A stretch of 32,000 nt of DNA, taken from IMG/VR virus record IMGVR_UViG_3300009548_000002. One strand, 5' to 3'. Positions 7,465 to 16,231 of the stretch are shown here, one piece after another. The notes beneath the pieces are model-generated. The model saw nothing but the letters and a program-made list of their open reading frames with translations. It was not told the DNA's origin and did not search any database. Made by a program: the position numbers and the translations under genes. The DNA is from a virus. Within the stretch, counting starts at the first letter, position 1. The number at the start of each line of letters is the position of its first letter.

Positions 7465-7977
7465 ATGAACCTCCATCCCGCGATCGGACACGAAACGAAC
7501 ATGCCGAATCCCAAGAGCCTCCAAGAGACCGTGCACACCCTCGCGACGAGGTTCGCGATGGACCTCGTAGAAGCCATCCGAAACGCGTCCGTCGGAGAAT
7601 TCATGCTGCTCCTCGGATCGGGCAGCCCCGGATCACGGGCTGCGCGTCCCCGAAAAGGCGCCCCGAAGAAGCGCGGACATGCAAGCTGGCGCGGGCGCAG
7701 ACGGTTCAAGACGTCCGACTCACGAGCGAGGGTCACGGTCAAGTCGCTCGCGAACGCGCACAAGCTCCAGCGCCGCTCGAAGAAAGAACTCGAGGAGATG
7801 GTCGAGGAGATCGCCGCACTCGTTCGATCGCACCCGGACGGCCTCACCGCGGAGGTCATCCGCGGGCAGCTCAAGGTGACGCGCCAAGAGATGCCCGTCC
7901 CGCTCCGGATCGCGCTCAAGAGCGGGAAGATCCGCAAGCTCGGCCACAAGCGCTCGACCACGTACCTCGCAGCGTGA
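7465..7977 (+). CDS. putative DNA-binding protein, 170 aa
   Basis: Strong AAGGAGG RBS lies 4 nt before ATG 7465. Basic Arg/Lys-rich middle. The C-terminus ...LKVTRQEMPVPLRIALKSGKIRKLGHKRSTTYLAA resembles winged-helix tails ending GxKRxTxY. Confidence 0.65.
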   Translation: MNLHPAIGHETNMPNPKSLQETVHTLATRFAMDLVEAIRNASVGEFMLLLGSGSPGSRAARPRKGAPKKRGHASWRGRRRFKTSDSRARVTVKSLANAHKLQRRSKKELEEMVEEIAALVRSHPDGLTAEVIRGQLKVTRQEMPVPLRIALKSGKIRKLGHKRSTTYLAA

Positions 7978-7990
7978 GAAAGAAGAAGCG

Positions 7991-8446
7991 ATGTTCGTGA
8001 CCGCTCTGGACATCTTCCTCGTCATCTTTTCCATCGCAACGCTTCTCGCGTGCAACATCATCGCGTGGCGCTTGGCGGTGAAATGGATGCGATCGCGGGA
8101 CATGCTCGCACTCACCAAAGAGGCGCTCTTCGTCCTTCACCGCTCCACCGTGGACGAGCTTCATCAAGCCCAGCAAGCCCTCTACGATGCCGCATCCGAA
8201 CGCGAGCGCCTTCGTGACCGCACGCACAAGCTCCAGAGGATCATCGACGAGCAGAAGAACATCGCCCTCGAACAGAAGCGTTTCATCGAGACGCTCGCCG
8301 CAGCGGGTCCACCCGACTCCGGAGGCCTCATCGACGACAAGACTGCTTCTCTCGTCCGGCTCGCAGTCTCGAACAACCAAGAGAACGAGCAGCACGTGGC
8401 CGCGATGCTGGCGTGCCGGCGCATCGCTGCCCGTCTCGGGAAATGA
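7991..8446 (+). CDS. membrane-anchored coiled-coil protein, 151 aa
   Basis: N-terminal TM segment (FVTALDIFLVIFSIATLLACNIIAW) followed by a heptad-like region. Confidence 0.65.
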   Translation: MFVTALDIFLVIFSIATLLACNIIAWRLAVKWMRSRDMLALTKEALFVLHRSTVDELHQAQQALYDAASERERLRDRTHKLQRIIDEQKNIALEQKRFIETLAAAGPPDSGGLIDDKTASLVRLAVSNNQENEQHVAAMLACRRIAARLGK

Positions 8447-8466
8447 ATGGAAGGGAAGAAATAGCG

Positions 8467-8655
8467 ATGAAGGGATGGAAATGGTGGAGGAGCGCGCTCA
8501 CGACGGCGACGCTCGGCGGTCTCGGGACGTTCTCCTTCTGGCGCGCAGCAGACGCCACGTTGGACCACTCGGTGTACATGGGCGTCGGCGCGGCATGCGT
8601 CGCGCTCACTATCCACCGGTTTGCGATCCTCTCGGGTCGTGAGGACGGATCATGA
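8467..8655 (+). CDS. small membrane protein, 62 aa
   Basis: Internal ATG (MKGWKWWRSALTTATLGGLGTFSFW...) with a GGAAGGGAAG RBS region. Two hydrophobic segments. Confidence 0.55.
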   Translation: MKGWKWWRSALTTATLGGLGTFSFWRAADATLDHSVYMGVGAACVALTIHRFAILSGREDGS

Positions 8656-8735
8656 GCGAGGAGCGGCCGAGGACGTTCGTTCATGAAGTGAACGGCAAGC
8701 TCGTGCGCGAGGATAAAGACGATGAAGCTCAGTGA
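8652..8735 (+). pseudogene. 27-codon remnant duplicating the 5' end of the gene at 8920
   Basis: MSEERPRTFVHEVNGKLVRED vs MDEKEPKAFVREVDGQLVLED. The nt repeat 8676-8713 is about 80% identical to 8944-8981. Confidence 0.4.
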
Positions 8736-8916
8736 AGAGCAGTGGGCCCGAGTGTTCGAGGCTCGGTGTAAATCGAAACAGGGCCAAAAAATCTCTGAGG
8801 AGGAGCGCGTGCTCCTCGATGCGGCGCATGAGCAAGACGAAAAGCGCTACGCCGCGATGGATTTAGACGTCTTCAACGCTACGAGTCCTTTCGGTAGCAC
8901 GAGGCATGGGGACTAA
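8722..8916 (+). CDS. hypothetical protein, 64 aa (possible inserted 'moron')
   Basis: ATG 8722. Locally lower GC. Bracketed by the duplicated 5' ends at 8652 and 8920. Confidence 0.5.
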   Translation: MKLSEEQWARVFEARCKSKQGQKISEEERVLLDAAHEQDEKRYAAMDLDVFNATSPFGSTRHGD

Positions 8917-8919
8917 AAA

Positions 8920-9375
8920 ATGGATGAGAAAGAACCGAAAGCATTCGTTCGAGAAGTGGACGGGCAACTCGTGCTCGAGGACCCGGTCGCGCTCGCCATG
9001 GTGCGCGCCGTCGAGAAGCACAACTGCCTCGTCGCGGCCAAAGCCCAAGCCGATCGCGTCCGTCATTTCAGCTCGCGCGTCCAAGAGCGGAGCCTTCGTC
9101 CCGAGGACGTCGTCATCACGCTCATCAACGCCGACGACGCGCACGGGAAGTTTCTCGCAGACGCGCTCATGCCGGGCCACGACTGGCAAGCGTATCGCGA
9201 CCGCGGCGAGATCCCCTTCGCGCGCGGGCTCGCCGCTCGCGGCGGCGTGGAGGATTTCATCGAACAGTTCGACGCGGAGGCGTGGAAGAAGCTCAAGGAC
9301 ATGAAGAGCGATCTCGTCGTCGTCATCGTGGACCGCGGCGTCGCTGAGGTCGTCCGGGCCAGGGACGTCGCATGA
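8920..9375 (+). CDS. hypothetical protein, 151 aa
   Basis: ATG 8920, G/C-rich third positions. The stop overlaps the next ATG (ATGA at 9372). Confidence 0.7.
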   Translation: MDEKEPKAFVREVDGQLVLEDPVALAMVRAVEKHNCLVAAKAQADRVRHFSSRVQERSLRPEDVVITLINADDAHGKFLADALMPGHDWQAYRDRGEIPFARGLAARGGVEDFIEQFDAEAWKKLKDMKSDLVVVIVDRGVAEVVRARDVA

Positions 9376-9905
9376 TCGTGGTGGGCTTCGATCAGATCGT
9401 GGCCATCTTCTTCGGCGCTGCCGCTGGAAACGTCATTTTCAACATCGCCCGCGATGTCTACCGATCGTTCCGACCCGCCTCTCCTCGAGAGGATGAAGAA
9501 GACGATGAAGACGAGAAGGACGACGAAGAGGACGAGAACGAAGAGGACGAAGTGTCGCCCAGTGCCGGTCCTTATCGAACCTCGAGCACAGCAGACGGGT
9601 CGAGTGCCGGCGTCGCGATCGAGCAAGCGTTCCCTCGCGAAATTGCCGCAAAGGACGAGTCTCGGGACGATTGGCGCTATCGTCCTCTCACCACTTGCCC
9701 GCGCTGCGGCGAAGACGGGGTAGGGGCGCGCGGTCGCTTCCAGGGGAGCCACACGTATTCCTTGATGAGCAGGACCGTGAACCAGCACGAGGTATCGTGC
9801 TCGGGTCATGAAGGCCAACCCCACGTGCACTACCAGTGTTTAGATTGCGGCGCGGACTGGGCAGAGATTCCTCCTGAGGAATACGACGAGGACGACATTC
9901 GATGA
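9372..9905 (+). CDS. hypothetical protein with TM segment, acidic tract and C-terminal zinc ribbon, 177 aa
   Basis: MIVVGFDQIVAIFFGAAAGNVIF (TM segment), EDEEDDEDEKDDEEDENEEDE, then CPRCG...CLDCG. Confidence 0.7.
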   Translation: MIVVGFDQIVAIFFGAAAGNVIFNIARDVYRSFRPASPREDEEDDEDEKDDEEDENEEDEVSPSAGPYRTSSTADGSSAGVAIEQAFPREIAAKDESRDDWRYRPLTTCPRCGEDGVGARGRFQGSHTYSLMSRTVNQHEVSCSGHEGQPHVHYQCLDCGADWAEIPPEEYDEDDIR

Positions 9906-10114
9906 GCAAGGTTCGAAATAGTCGTATAGCTTTATGGGCGCATTGCGTGAGCGAGCATGCGGTGATCCTGCCGCCCGAGATCACGCTGGAGGACCTCGTG
10001 GACTACCACGACAGCGAACACCGCGGTCCGGGCACCATCCGAAACCATGACCCGGCTTCGCGCACGTACTCGCTCCAGAAGCTCGGCCGCATTCTCTCCG
10101 AGGCCGAGCGATGA
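9902..10114 (+). CDS. hypothetical protein, 70 aa
   Basis: ATGA overlaps at both ends. Confidence 0.6.
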   Translation: MSKVRNSRIALWAHCVSEHAVILPPEITLEDLVDYHDSEHRGPGTIRNHDPASRTYSLQKLGRILSEAER

Positions 10115-10332
10115 CCAAGATCTTCCTCTTCACGGAGGGTTCGTTCGAGATCGCCATCCAGATGCCGACGCTCGAGGAGGCGAGGGCTTACGCGCGGGGC
10201 GCGGAGATCGGCGCGAGCTACTACGCCGGAAGCCTCGCGGCCTATGTGATGCCGGAAGCGGAGGCCGAGCTGCGTGAACGTGAGGAGCCGGAAGAAGTCG
10301 AACGTGCTTTTGCAGCCAGCGTTCAGTGGTGA
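10111..10332 (+). CDS. hypothetical protein, 73 aa
   Basis: ATGA overlap at the start. G/C-rich third positions. Confidence 0.6.
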   Translation: MTKIFLFTEGSFEIAIQMPTLEEARAYARGAEIGASYYAGSLAAYVMPEAEAELREREEPEEVERAFAASVQW

Positions 10333-10343
10333 CGGAGGAAGAC

Positions 10344-10562
10344 ATGCACGACACGTACGTCAAGATGAAGGACGGTCGGACCCTGTGCGGCCCGATCTGG
10401 GCGTGGTGCCCAAAGGAAGGGTACTTCACCCTCGCGGGCGAAGACGAACCGGTGCAGCTCTCCGAGGTGGAGTCGGCCGTGACCCGCGGACAGCGGAGCG
10501 TGAATGGTCCCGAGGATCGCGACGAGCTGGAACGGGCACGCAAGGACGGATGGACGGGATGA
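10344..10562 (+). CDS. hypothetical protein, 72 aa
   Basis: GGAGGAA RBS lies 4 nt before ATG 10344. GTG 10326 is an alternative start. Confidence 0.6.
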   Translation: MHDTYVKMKDGRTLCGPIWAWCPKEGYFTLAGEDEPVQLSEVESAVTRGQRSVNGPEDRDELERARKDGWTG

Positions 10563-10762
10563 CGCGCGCGTGCAACGCGAACGAGATCGAACGCTTGTGG
10601 GACGCCTTCGAGGCCGTCGACCATGCCGCTGGCAAAATCGTCTACGGCGCCGGATACGCAACCGGCTACATCAAGGGTCGTGACCGTGCCGAGCTTCGCG
10701 ACGCGCTCGACGCGTACCGGCGTGCCCGAGACGAGATCAGCGTGGAGCGGGAGGGATCATGA
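10559..10762 (+). CDS. hypothetical protein, 67 aa
   Basis: ATGA overlap at 10559 (MTRACNANEIERLWDAFEAV...). Confidence 0.6.
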   Translation: MTRACNANEIERLWDAFEAVDHAAGKIVYGAGYATGYIKGRDRAELRDALDAYRRARDEISVEREGS

Positions 10763-10974
10763 ATTCAAAGTCTCCGCGCCTCGACTACCTCGGCGATCCG
10801 CTCCCCGAGGGCTTCGAGCGCTGGTCTTGCTCCCGGTGCACCGCGGGATGCAATTACGAAGCGATGTCGTGGTGCGACGACAAGGGCGCAGAGGCGTGCC
10901 CGTTCTTCATCGAGAAACCGGACAGCAACAACCGCTGCTTCGCGTTCATCAAGCGCGCAAGCGTGGAAGGATGA
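10759..10974 (+). CDS. Cys-rich hypothetical protein, 71 aa
   Basis: ATGA overlaps at both ends. Contains WSCSRCTAGCNYEAMSWCDDKGAEACPFF. Confidence 0.6.
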   Translation: MNSKSPRLDYLGDPLPEGFERWSCSRCTAGCNYEAMSWCDDKGAEACPFFIEKPDSNNRCFAFIKRASVEG

Positions 10975-11213
10975 TCGCTACCGTGGCGATCCTGCTCATC
11001 GGTGTCGACCCCGACGTCTGCGACTTCTGCGATGAGCCAACGCACACGACGTGGCACTTGCCAGAGACGGACATGCACCTTTGCTGGGATTGCCATGCGA
11101 AGTTCATCCGGAGCAACGTCACGCGGCGCGGCCGATGGATCGAAGCTCTTCGCCGTCTCTACACGTCAGGAGCAGAGAGTGATTCTAGCGGATTACGACC
11201 AATCGACGTATGA
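10971..11213 (+). CDS. zinc-ribbon-like hypothetical protein, 80 aa
   Basis: ATGA overlap at 10971. Contains CDFCDE...HLCWDCH. Confidence 0.6.
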   Translation: MIATVAILLIGVDPDVCDFCDEPTHTTWHLPETDMHLCWDCHAKFIRSNVTRRGRWIEALRRLYTSGAESDSSGLRPIDV

Positions 11214-11273
11214 TCGCTCGCACGTGTCAGGAATCGCGCGGCGAGCGAGTGAGTCTCTCTGAAGGAAAAGAAC

Positions 11274-12713
11274 ATGCGCATCCACAACGTCCGCCTCGGC
11301 TTCGCCACGAACAGTAGCTCCACGCACTCGATCATCTTCCTCAAGCCCGGCCAGCACGTCCGGGACTCGGAGACGGACGGCGGCGAGTTCGGGTGGAACT
11401 TCTTCACGGCCGCGTCTCCGGAGGCCAAGCGTCAGTACGTCGCGATCCACCTCTTCACCGCGCTCCAGTCCCAAGTCGGAGAGGACGTCGCCATGGCCGC
11501 CGTCGACTCGTGGGTCAAGGGCGCGACGCGCACGCCCGAGGGTCAATATGCCTACAATGGCAAAGGTCCAGAGGGCTACGTGGACCACCAGAGCCTCTAC
11601 GTCCTGCCGCGCTCGTGGGACGGCAAGGGCGTCGACAAGGAATTCTTCGACGATTTCCTCGCGTTCTTCATGCGTGACGACGTCGCCATCCTCGGAGGCA
11701 ACGACAACACCGACGAGACTCACCCTCTCGATGAGGGCGGTTTCTCGCTCCCGCTCCAGCAAGACGGCGGCGGCGAGTACGTCGCGCGAAAAGATGTGGC
11801 CGGCAAATACTGGACGATCTTCAGCCGCGCCGACGGCACGAAGATTCGATTCTCGTTCGACGAACCCAGCAAAACGCGCGAGGTGACGAAAGCCTCGGCT
11901 CCCGAACTCGTCGACCTCAAGATCACCGACTTCTGCCCGTACGGCTGCGCGTTCTGCTACCAGGACTCGACGCACGCGGGCAAGCACGGCGACGCGCAAG
12001 CGATCTCGGGCGCGGCCTACGCGCTCGCGAAGATGAAGGTCTTCGAGGTCGCGATCGGCGGCGGCGAGCCGACGATGCACCCGAAGTTCGTCGAGATCCT
12101 CGAAACCTTCCATCGTAGCGGCATCACGCCGAATTTCACGACGAAGAACCTCGCGTGGCTCCGCGACGGTTCGCTCTGGCCGAAGATCACGAAGCTCATC
12201 GGCGGCTTCGCCTACTCGGTGGACACGGCCAAGGACGTCCGGAAGCTCGCGGCGCTCCTCGAGGCGAACGACATCGACGACAATCTCGCGTCCGTGCAGT
12301 ACGTGATGGGTTCCTCGTCTCTTTACGTGCTCGAACAGATCGTGCGCGAGTGCGCGCACTCGAACATCCGCCTCACGCTCCTCGGCTACAAGACGACCGG
12401 CCGCGGCTCGTCGTTCAAGCCGGAGAAGTACGACGGCTGGCTCGAGATGATCGAGAAGGTTCGTGCGGAGCGTGTCTACGTGAACATCGGCATCGACACC
12501 GCGCTCGCCGCGGAGAGCGGCGCCGCGCTCGACAAGGCAGGCATCTCGCGCCGGCTCTACGCGACGCGCGAGGGCGCCTTCAGCATGTACCTCGACGCGG
12601 TCGACATGAAGGTCGGTCCCTCGAGCTACGTGGACGATCTCGCGATGAGGCGCGTCAAGAAGTTCGATGAAGGCACGATCCTCGAAGCGTTCGGCAGCTA
12701 CGGCGCGTCGTGA
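11274..12713 (+). CDS. radical SAM domain protein with ~200-aa N-terminal extension, 479 aa
   Basis: The CxxxCxxC cluster motif is DFCPYGCAFCYQDS, and GGGEPTMHP lies about 55 aa downstream. GAAGGAAAAG RBS precedes the start. Confidence 0.85.
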   Translation: MRIHNVRLGFATNSSSTHSIIFLKPGQHVRDSETDGGEFGWNFFTAASPEAKRQYVAIHLFTALQSQVGEDVAMAAVDSWVKGATRTPEGQYAYNGKGPEGYVDHQSLYVLPRSWDGKGVDKEFFDDFLAFFMRDDVAILGGNDNTDETHPLDEGGFSLPLQQDGGGEYVARKDVAGKYWTIFSRADGTKIRFSFDEPSKTREVTKASAPELVDLKITDFCPYGCAFCYQDSTHAGKHGDAQAISGAAYALAKMKVFEVAIGGGEPTMHPKFVEILETFHRSGITPNFTTKNLAWLRDGSLWPKITKLIGGFAYSVDTAKDVRKLAALLEANDIDDNLASVQYVMGSSSLYVLEQIVRECAHSNIRLTLLGYKTTGRGSSFKPEKYDGWLEMIEKVRAERVYVNIGIDTALAAESGAALDKAGISRRLYATREGAFSMYLDAVDMKVGPSSYVDDLAMRRVKKFDEGTILEAFGSYGAS

Positions 12714-12940
12714 GTCCGAGTCCGAAGCGAAAGCTCACGGACGAAGAGGCCGGCGAGCTTCTGGACGACGTCTTGTCGCTCTGCGCGAAGCTTCTTCACG
12801 ATCGCGACGCGCACGGCGATGTCCACATGGATGACCTCGTCGAGCTTCGTGACAAGCTCAACGCGATCCGCGGCGCCGTGGCTGGAGGGTCGGGCTACAA
12901 GGCCTTCGGGGGTCGGATCAAGAAGAGCGAAGGAGGGTGA
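12710..12940 (+). CDS. hypothetical protein, 76 aa
   Basis: GTG 12710 lies in a GTGA overlap with the radical SAM stop. Confidence 0.55.
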   Translation: MSPSPKRKLTDEEAGELLDDVLSLCAKLLHDRDAHGDVHMDDLVELRDKLNAIRGAVAGGSGYKAFGGRIKKSEGG

Positions 12941-13254
12941 CGATGAGCGAAGAGAAGCGCAACGAGAACGACGAGATCGAAAAGTTCATGGACTCGCGGC
13001 AAGACAAGACGCTGAACTTCGTACGCGAGATCGGTTTCGATCAACTCATGGCCTTGGATCGCATGGAAGAACGGATCTACTTCCTCGGATTTCAGTCGCG
13101 CGAGAGCGGTCGCGAGGAAGGCGCCCATGCGACCGAGGAAGCCGTCCTCGAGTTCATCACCTACTGGGAGAACCAGATCCGCGTCGCACGCGATTACCTC
13201 GCGAACGGTCGCGAGAATCGTAGCCATCGCTGGCAAAAAGCGAAAACGAGGTGA
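12937..13254 (+). CDS. hypothetical protein, ~103-105 aa
   Basis: Start is either GTG 12937 (GTGA overlap) or ATG 12943. Confidence 0.6.
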   Translation: MTMSEEKRNENDEIEKFMDSRQDKTLNFVREIGFDQLMALDRMEERIYFLGFQSRESGREEGAHATEEAVLEFITYWENQIRVARDYLANGRENRSHRWQKAKTR

Positions 13255-13257
13255 GCG

Positions 13258-13527
13258 ATGGATGAGCACAAGAAAACGATCGAGGTGCAGGCGACGACGC
13301 CCGAGCAGGACAAGAAGCTCGAGCGCCTTCGCGAGGGCCTCCGCGCGTGGCTCGAAGAAGCCGCGGCGGAAGGCATAGAACACGAACTCGCCCTCACAGC
13401 GCTCATGCTCTTCTGCGCGAGCGGATGCGCCTCAAACGGGATCCCAAAGGACGAGCTGCTCGGCGTTTTTGGGGCGTACTACGACATGTACAAGAAGAAC
13501 CTCGGAACTCTTGGAGCGGTGCAATGA
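13258..13527 (+). CDS. hypothetical protein, 89 aa
   Basis: ATG 13258 lies 3 nt after the previous stop. Confidence 0.6.
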   Translation: MDEHKKTIEVQATTPEQDKKLERLREGLRAWLEEAAAEGIEHELALTALMLFCASGCASNGIPKDELLGVFGAYYDMYKKNLGTLGAVQ

Positions 13528-13961
13528 AAGTCGGCGACTCGATCAAGCTCGTCTACGAACCGGGCGAGACGGGCTGGGGCACGGTCGTGGAGCTTCCGAA
13601 AGGGAAGAAGCCGATGCTCGTCCGCATCACGAACGTCCCGCTCACGGATCTCCTCAACATCGACGACGTCGTCGAAGCGGCCCCCGGCAAGAAAGACGAT
13701 CGCCTCCACGCGAGCCGCGTGATCTCGCGGGCGTTCGAGTACAAGATCGGGCTCGACTACCCGGAGCCGCACACCGAGAACTACGGCAAGATCCGGCGCG
13801 CGCTCCAGGCCGCCAAGTGCAAGGTCGAGGGCATGCTGCCCGGCAGAGCCCTCGTCGCGTGCAACGATCAAGACGTCGACGCGATCGTCAAGAAGGCAGG
13901 CGTGGACGCCGTGTTCCCGAAGTCGCAGCCGCGTTTGAAGCCTATCCAGACGCACTCGTGA
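13524..13961 (+). CDS. hypothetical protein, 145 aa
   Basis: ATGA overlap at 13524 (MKVGDSIKLVYEPGETGWGTVVEL...). Confidence 0.65.
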   Translation: MKVGDSIKLVYEPGETGWGTVVELPKGKKPMLVRITNVPLTDLLNIDDVVEAAPGKKDDRLHASRVISRAFEYKIGLDYPEPHTENYGKIRRALQAAKCKVEGMLPGRALVACNDQDVDAIVKKAGVDAVFPKSQPRLKPIQTHS

Positions 13962-13975
13962 ACGAAAGGATCGAC

Positions 13976-14278
13976 ATGACGCGTCACACTGCACCCGAGT
14001 CCCCCGAACAAGGTTGCTCCTACAATGCATCCACGACCGAGCTGGACGCAGCAGAGAGCCGTCCCGTCCTCCTCGCCTCCACTCGCTCCTACGCGGATGA
14101 CGATGCGCACCGCGATTTCGATCAGTTCGACGTGAACGAGGAGCTTTCGCGTCTTCGTCGCGCGCTGCGTGAAGAGGCAACGCCAACCGTCACGAATTTC
14201 ATCGCGACCGCGATCGGCAACATCGACGAGTGGATCGTGCGCGGCGGCCCGCTCCCCAAAGCATGGAATCGGCGATGA
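13976..14278 (+). CDS. hypothetical protein, 100 aa
   Basis: AAAGGA RBS lies before ATG 13976. Confidence 0.55.
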   Translation: MTRHTAPESPEQGCSYNASTTELDAAESRPVLLASTRSYADDDAHRDFDQFDVNEELSRLRRALREEATPTVTNFIATAIGNIDEWIVRGGPLPKAWNRR

Positions 14279-14568
14279 TGAAAAACATCTACGGATTGAT
14301 GACGCCCGATCGCTTGGCCCAACTGCGCAAGGAGGCCCGTGTGGACGACGGCAAGCTCGGACGCCGCTCTGCCCTCTCCGAATGCGTCGGCCACATCGAC
14401 GCCCTCGAAGGTCTGCCGGACGGCCAGCGGATGACAGAAGAACGACTCGAGCACATGCGCGACGTCGCTCGAGGGAACGAACAGCGCGGGATCTCGAACA
14501 GCGTCATGCATGAGATCCTGGGCCACATCGATGCGCTTCAAGACCGCATCGGGAAAAAGACATCATGA
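14275..14568 (+). CDS. hypothetical protein, 97 aa, internal repeat
   Basis: ATGA overlap at 14275. Repeated motif: CVGHIDALEGLPDG and ILGHIDALQDRIG. Confidence 0.6.
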   Translation: MMKNIYGLMTPDRLAQLRKEARVDDGKLGRRSALSECVGHIDALEGLPDGQRMTEERLEHMRDVARGNEQRGISNSVMHEILGHIDALQDRIGKKTS

Positions 14569-14798
14569 AGCGCATGGGCAAGATGTGGTTCGACTACGAG
14601 GGCATGAACGCCGAGTTCGAGCCGGCGACGACCGAGCAGCTCCAGGAACTTCTTCTCGCGTGCATGGAGAGCCCGCTGGACACCGTCGGCGTGAAACGCG
14701 AGATCCTCGGCGGAATCATCGGCGAGCTGCAACGCTGGCGCGAGCTGGTGATCGAAGAACACGGCGGCGTACCGCCCCCGCCGTTTCCGAAGAAGTGA
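14565..14798 (+). CDS. hypothetical protein, 77 aa
   Basis: ATGA overlap at 14565. Confidence 0.6.
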   Translation: MKRMGKMWFDYEGMNAEFEPATTEQLQELLLACMESPLDTVGVKREILGGIIGELQRWRELVIEEHGGVPPPPFPKK

Positions 14799-16231
14799 GA
14801 ACGTTCGTGGAAATCAAGAGGACGCGCGTCGTGCACCTCGGGGTCGACACTTACGACGTCTCCATCGCGCGCCCCTCGAAGTGGGGCAACCCTTTCAAGA
14901 TCGGGCAGGACGGCACGCGCGACGAGGTGATCGATCTGTACCGCTCGTACGTGCTCGGTCGGCCGGATCTTCTCGCCGCGATCTCGACGGAGTTGAAGGG
15001 CAAGGTGCTCGGGTGCTGGTGCAAACCCGAGCGTTGCCATGGGGATATTTTGGCTGAGATCGCCGACGGTCTCCCGCCGGAGGAGCCGAAGCGCGCCGCG
15101 CCGCCCGAGCAGGCGCTCTTGCCCGGCTACAAGAAGTACGTTCGCGCGCAGCCGCGGGATTTTCGTGCGTGGCGCGATGGTCGCGGACAGCAGATCGACG
15201 CACCGACGACGAAGAGGGGTGGCGGATCATTCGGGGGCAAGGTCATCCCGCCGCTCGTCGACAGGAGCGGCAAGCCCATCCGGCTCGGCGACTTCCAGGT
15301 CGTGCGTGACTTGAAGGGCCAATTCAAGGTGATCGATTGGTCGAGGCCCGCGATGGACCCGCCCGAGGACGAGGAGAGGAGCGTGTTCAAGGAAGAGATC
15401 GCGGCTCCCCGCACGTCCGCCATCATGGGCAAGGAAGTCTACAAGTCAAAGAACGTGCAGCGCTCCATCCACGCGATGATCGCGCTTCATCGTGACAAGC
15501 GCGATCGGCTCGCGAACCTGCCTCCCGACCCGGCGCCGCAGAGCGACCTCGCGAATAAGTCCATCCAGATCGGATCGCTCTCGCTCGCGCGATGGGCCCG
15601 CGGGCCTGTTCAAGGGACGTTCACGATCGTGGACCTCGGTCGTGAGATCACGCACTCGAGGCGTTTCACCGATCTGCCCAAGTGCAAGAACCTGAAGCAA
15701 GCCGTGAAAGCCTTCATCCTCGAATCGCGCAAGCGTAAAACCGCGCCGCCGAAGAAGATGCGCGCTGTCGGCGCGCCCATCGCATTCGAGGTGCCGTCGG
15801 GCTTCGGCGGTTCGGGCGGCGGTTTCGGCGGAGGAGGTTTTGGTGGAAGCTTCGTGCCCTACGCGGAGCGCACGTACCCGGAACCCGGAGGTGATGCTTG
15901 GAAAACATGCATCGCGCTCTACGCGCAGACGGGGCGCTGGCCGAAGACTGCGGATCTCATCTGGGGCGAAGGGCGTCCCGATGATGACGGAAAGATTCCT
16001 GAGGGCTTCGAGAAGCGGCCCGAGAGACTCGAGCAGCAGGCTCACGAAGCGCGCGTCGCGTTTCTCGAGGCAGAGAAGGAGGAGGCGAAGAAAGAGCCGG
16101 CAGACGAACCCGTCGCCCTCGCGAACCTCGAGAAGCTGCGTGACGAAGACCGGATCCTCATCAACGAGATCCTCGAGCACTTTGGAGGGACGCTGACGAG
16201 CGTCGTGCCGAAGCCAAAGGGACTGCCGTGA
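14795..16231 (+). CDS. DUF4326-domain protein with long C-terminal extension, ~478 aa
   Basis: GTG 14795 lies in a GTGA overlap. N-terminus is PSKWGNPFKIG...LKGKVLGCWCKPERCHGDILAEI. About 350 aa follow, including a GFGGSGGGFGGGGFGGSF tract. Confidence 0.8.
   Translation: MRTFVEIKRTRVVHLGVDTYDVSIARPSKWGNPFKIGQDGTRDEVIDLYRSYVLGRPDLLAAISTELKGKVLGCWCKPERCHGDILAEIADGLPPEEPKRAAPPEQALLPGYKKYVRAQPRDFRAWRDGRGQQIDAPTTKRGGGSFGGKVIPPLVDRSGKPIRLGDFQVVRDLKGQFKVIDWSRPAMDPPEDEERSVFKEEIAAPRTSAIMGKEVYKSKNVQRSIHAMIALHRDKRDRLANLPPDPAPQSDLANKSIQIGSLSLARWARGPVQGTFTIVDLGREITHSRRFTDLPKCKNLKQAVKAFILESRKRKTAPPKKMRAVGAPIAFEVPSGFGGSGGGFGGGGFGGSFVPYAERTYPEPGGDAWKTCIALYAQTGRWPKTADLIWGEGRPDDDGKIPEGFEKRPERLEQQAHEARVAFLEAEKEEAKKEPADEPVALANLEKLRDEDRILINEILEHFGGTLTSVVPKPKGLP

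Noticed and set aside
11193-12359. 388-aa minus-strand ORF antisense to the radical SAM gene
   Set aside because: It is a shadow ORF. The plus frame carries the CxxxCxxC and GGGEP motifs.
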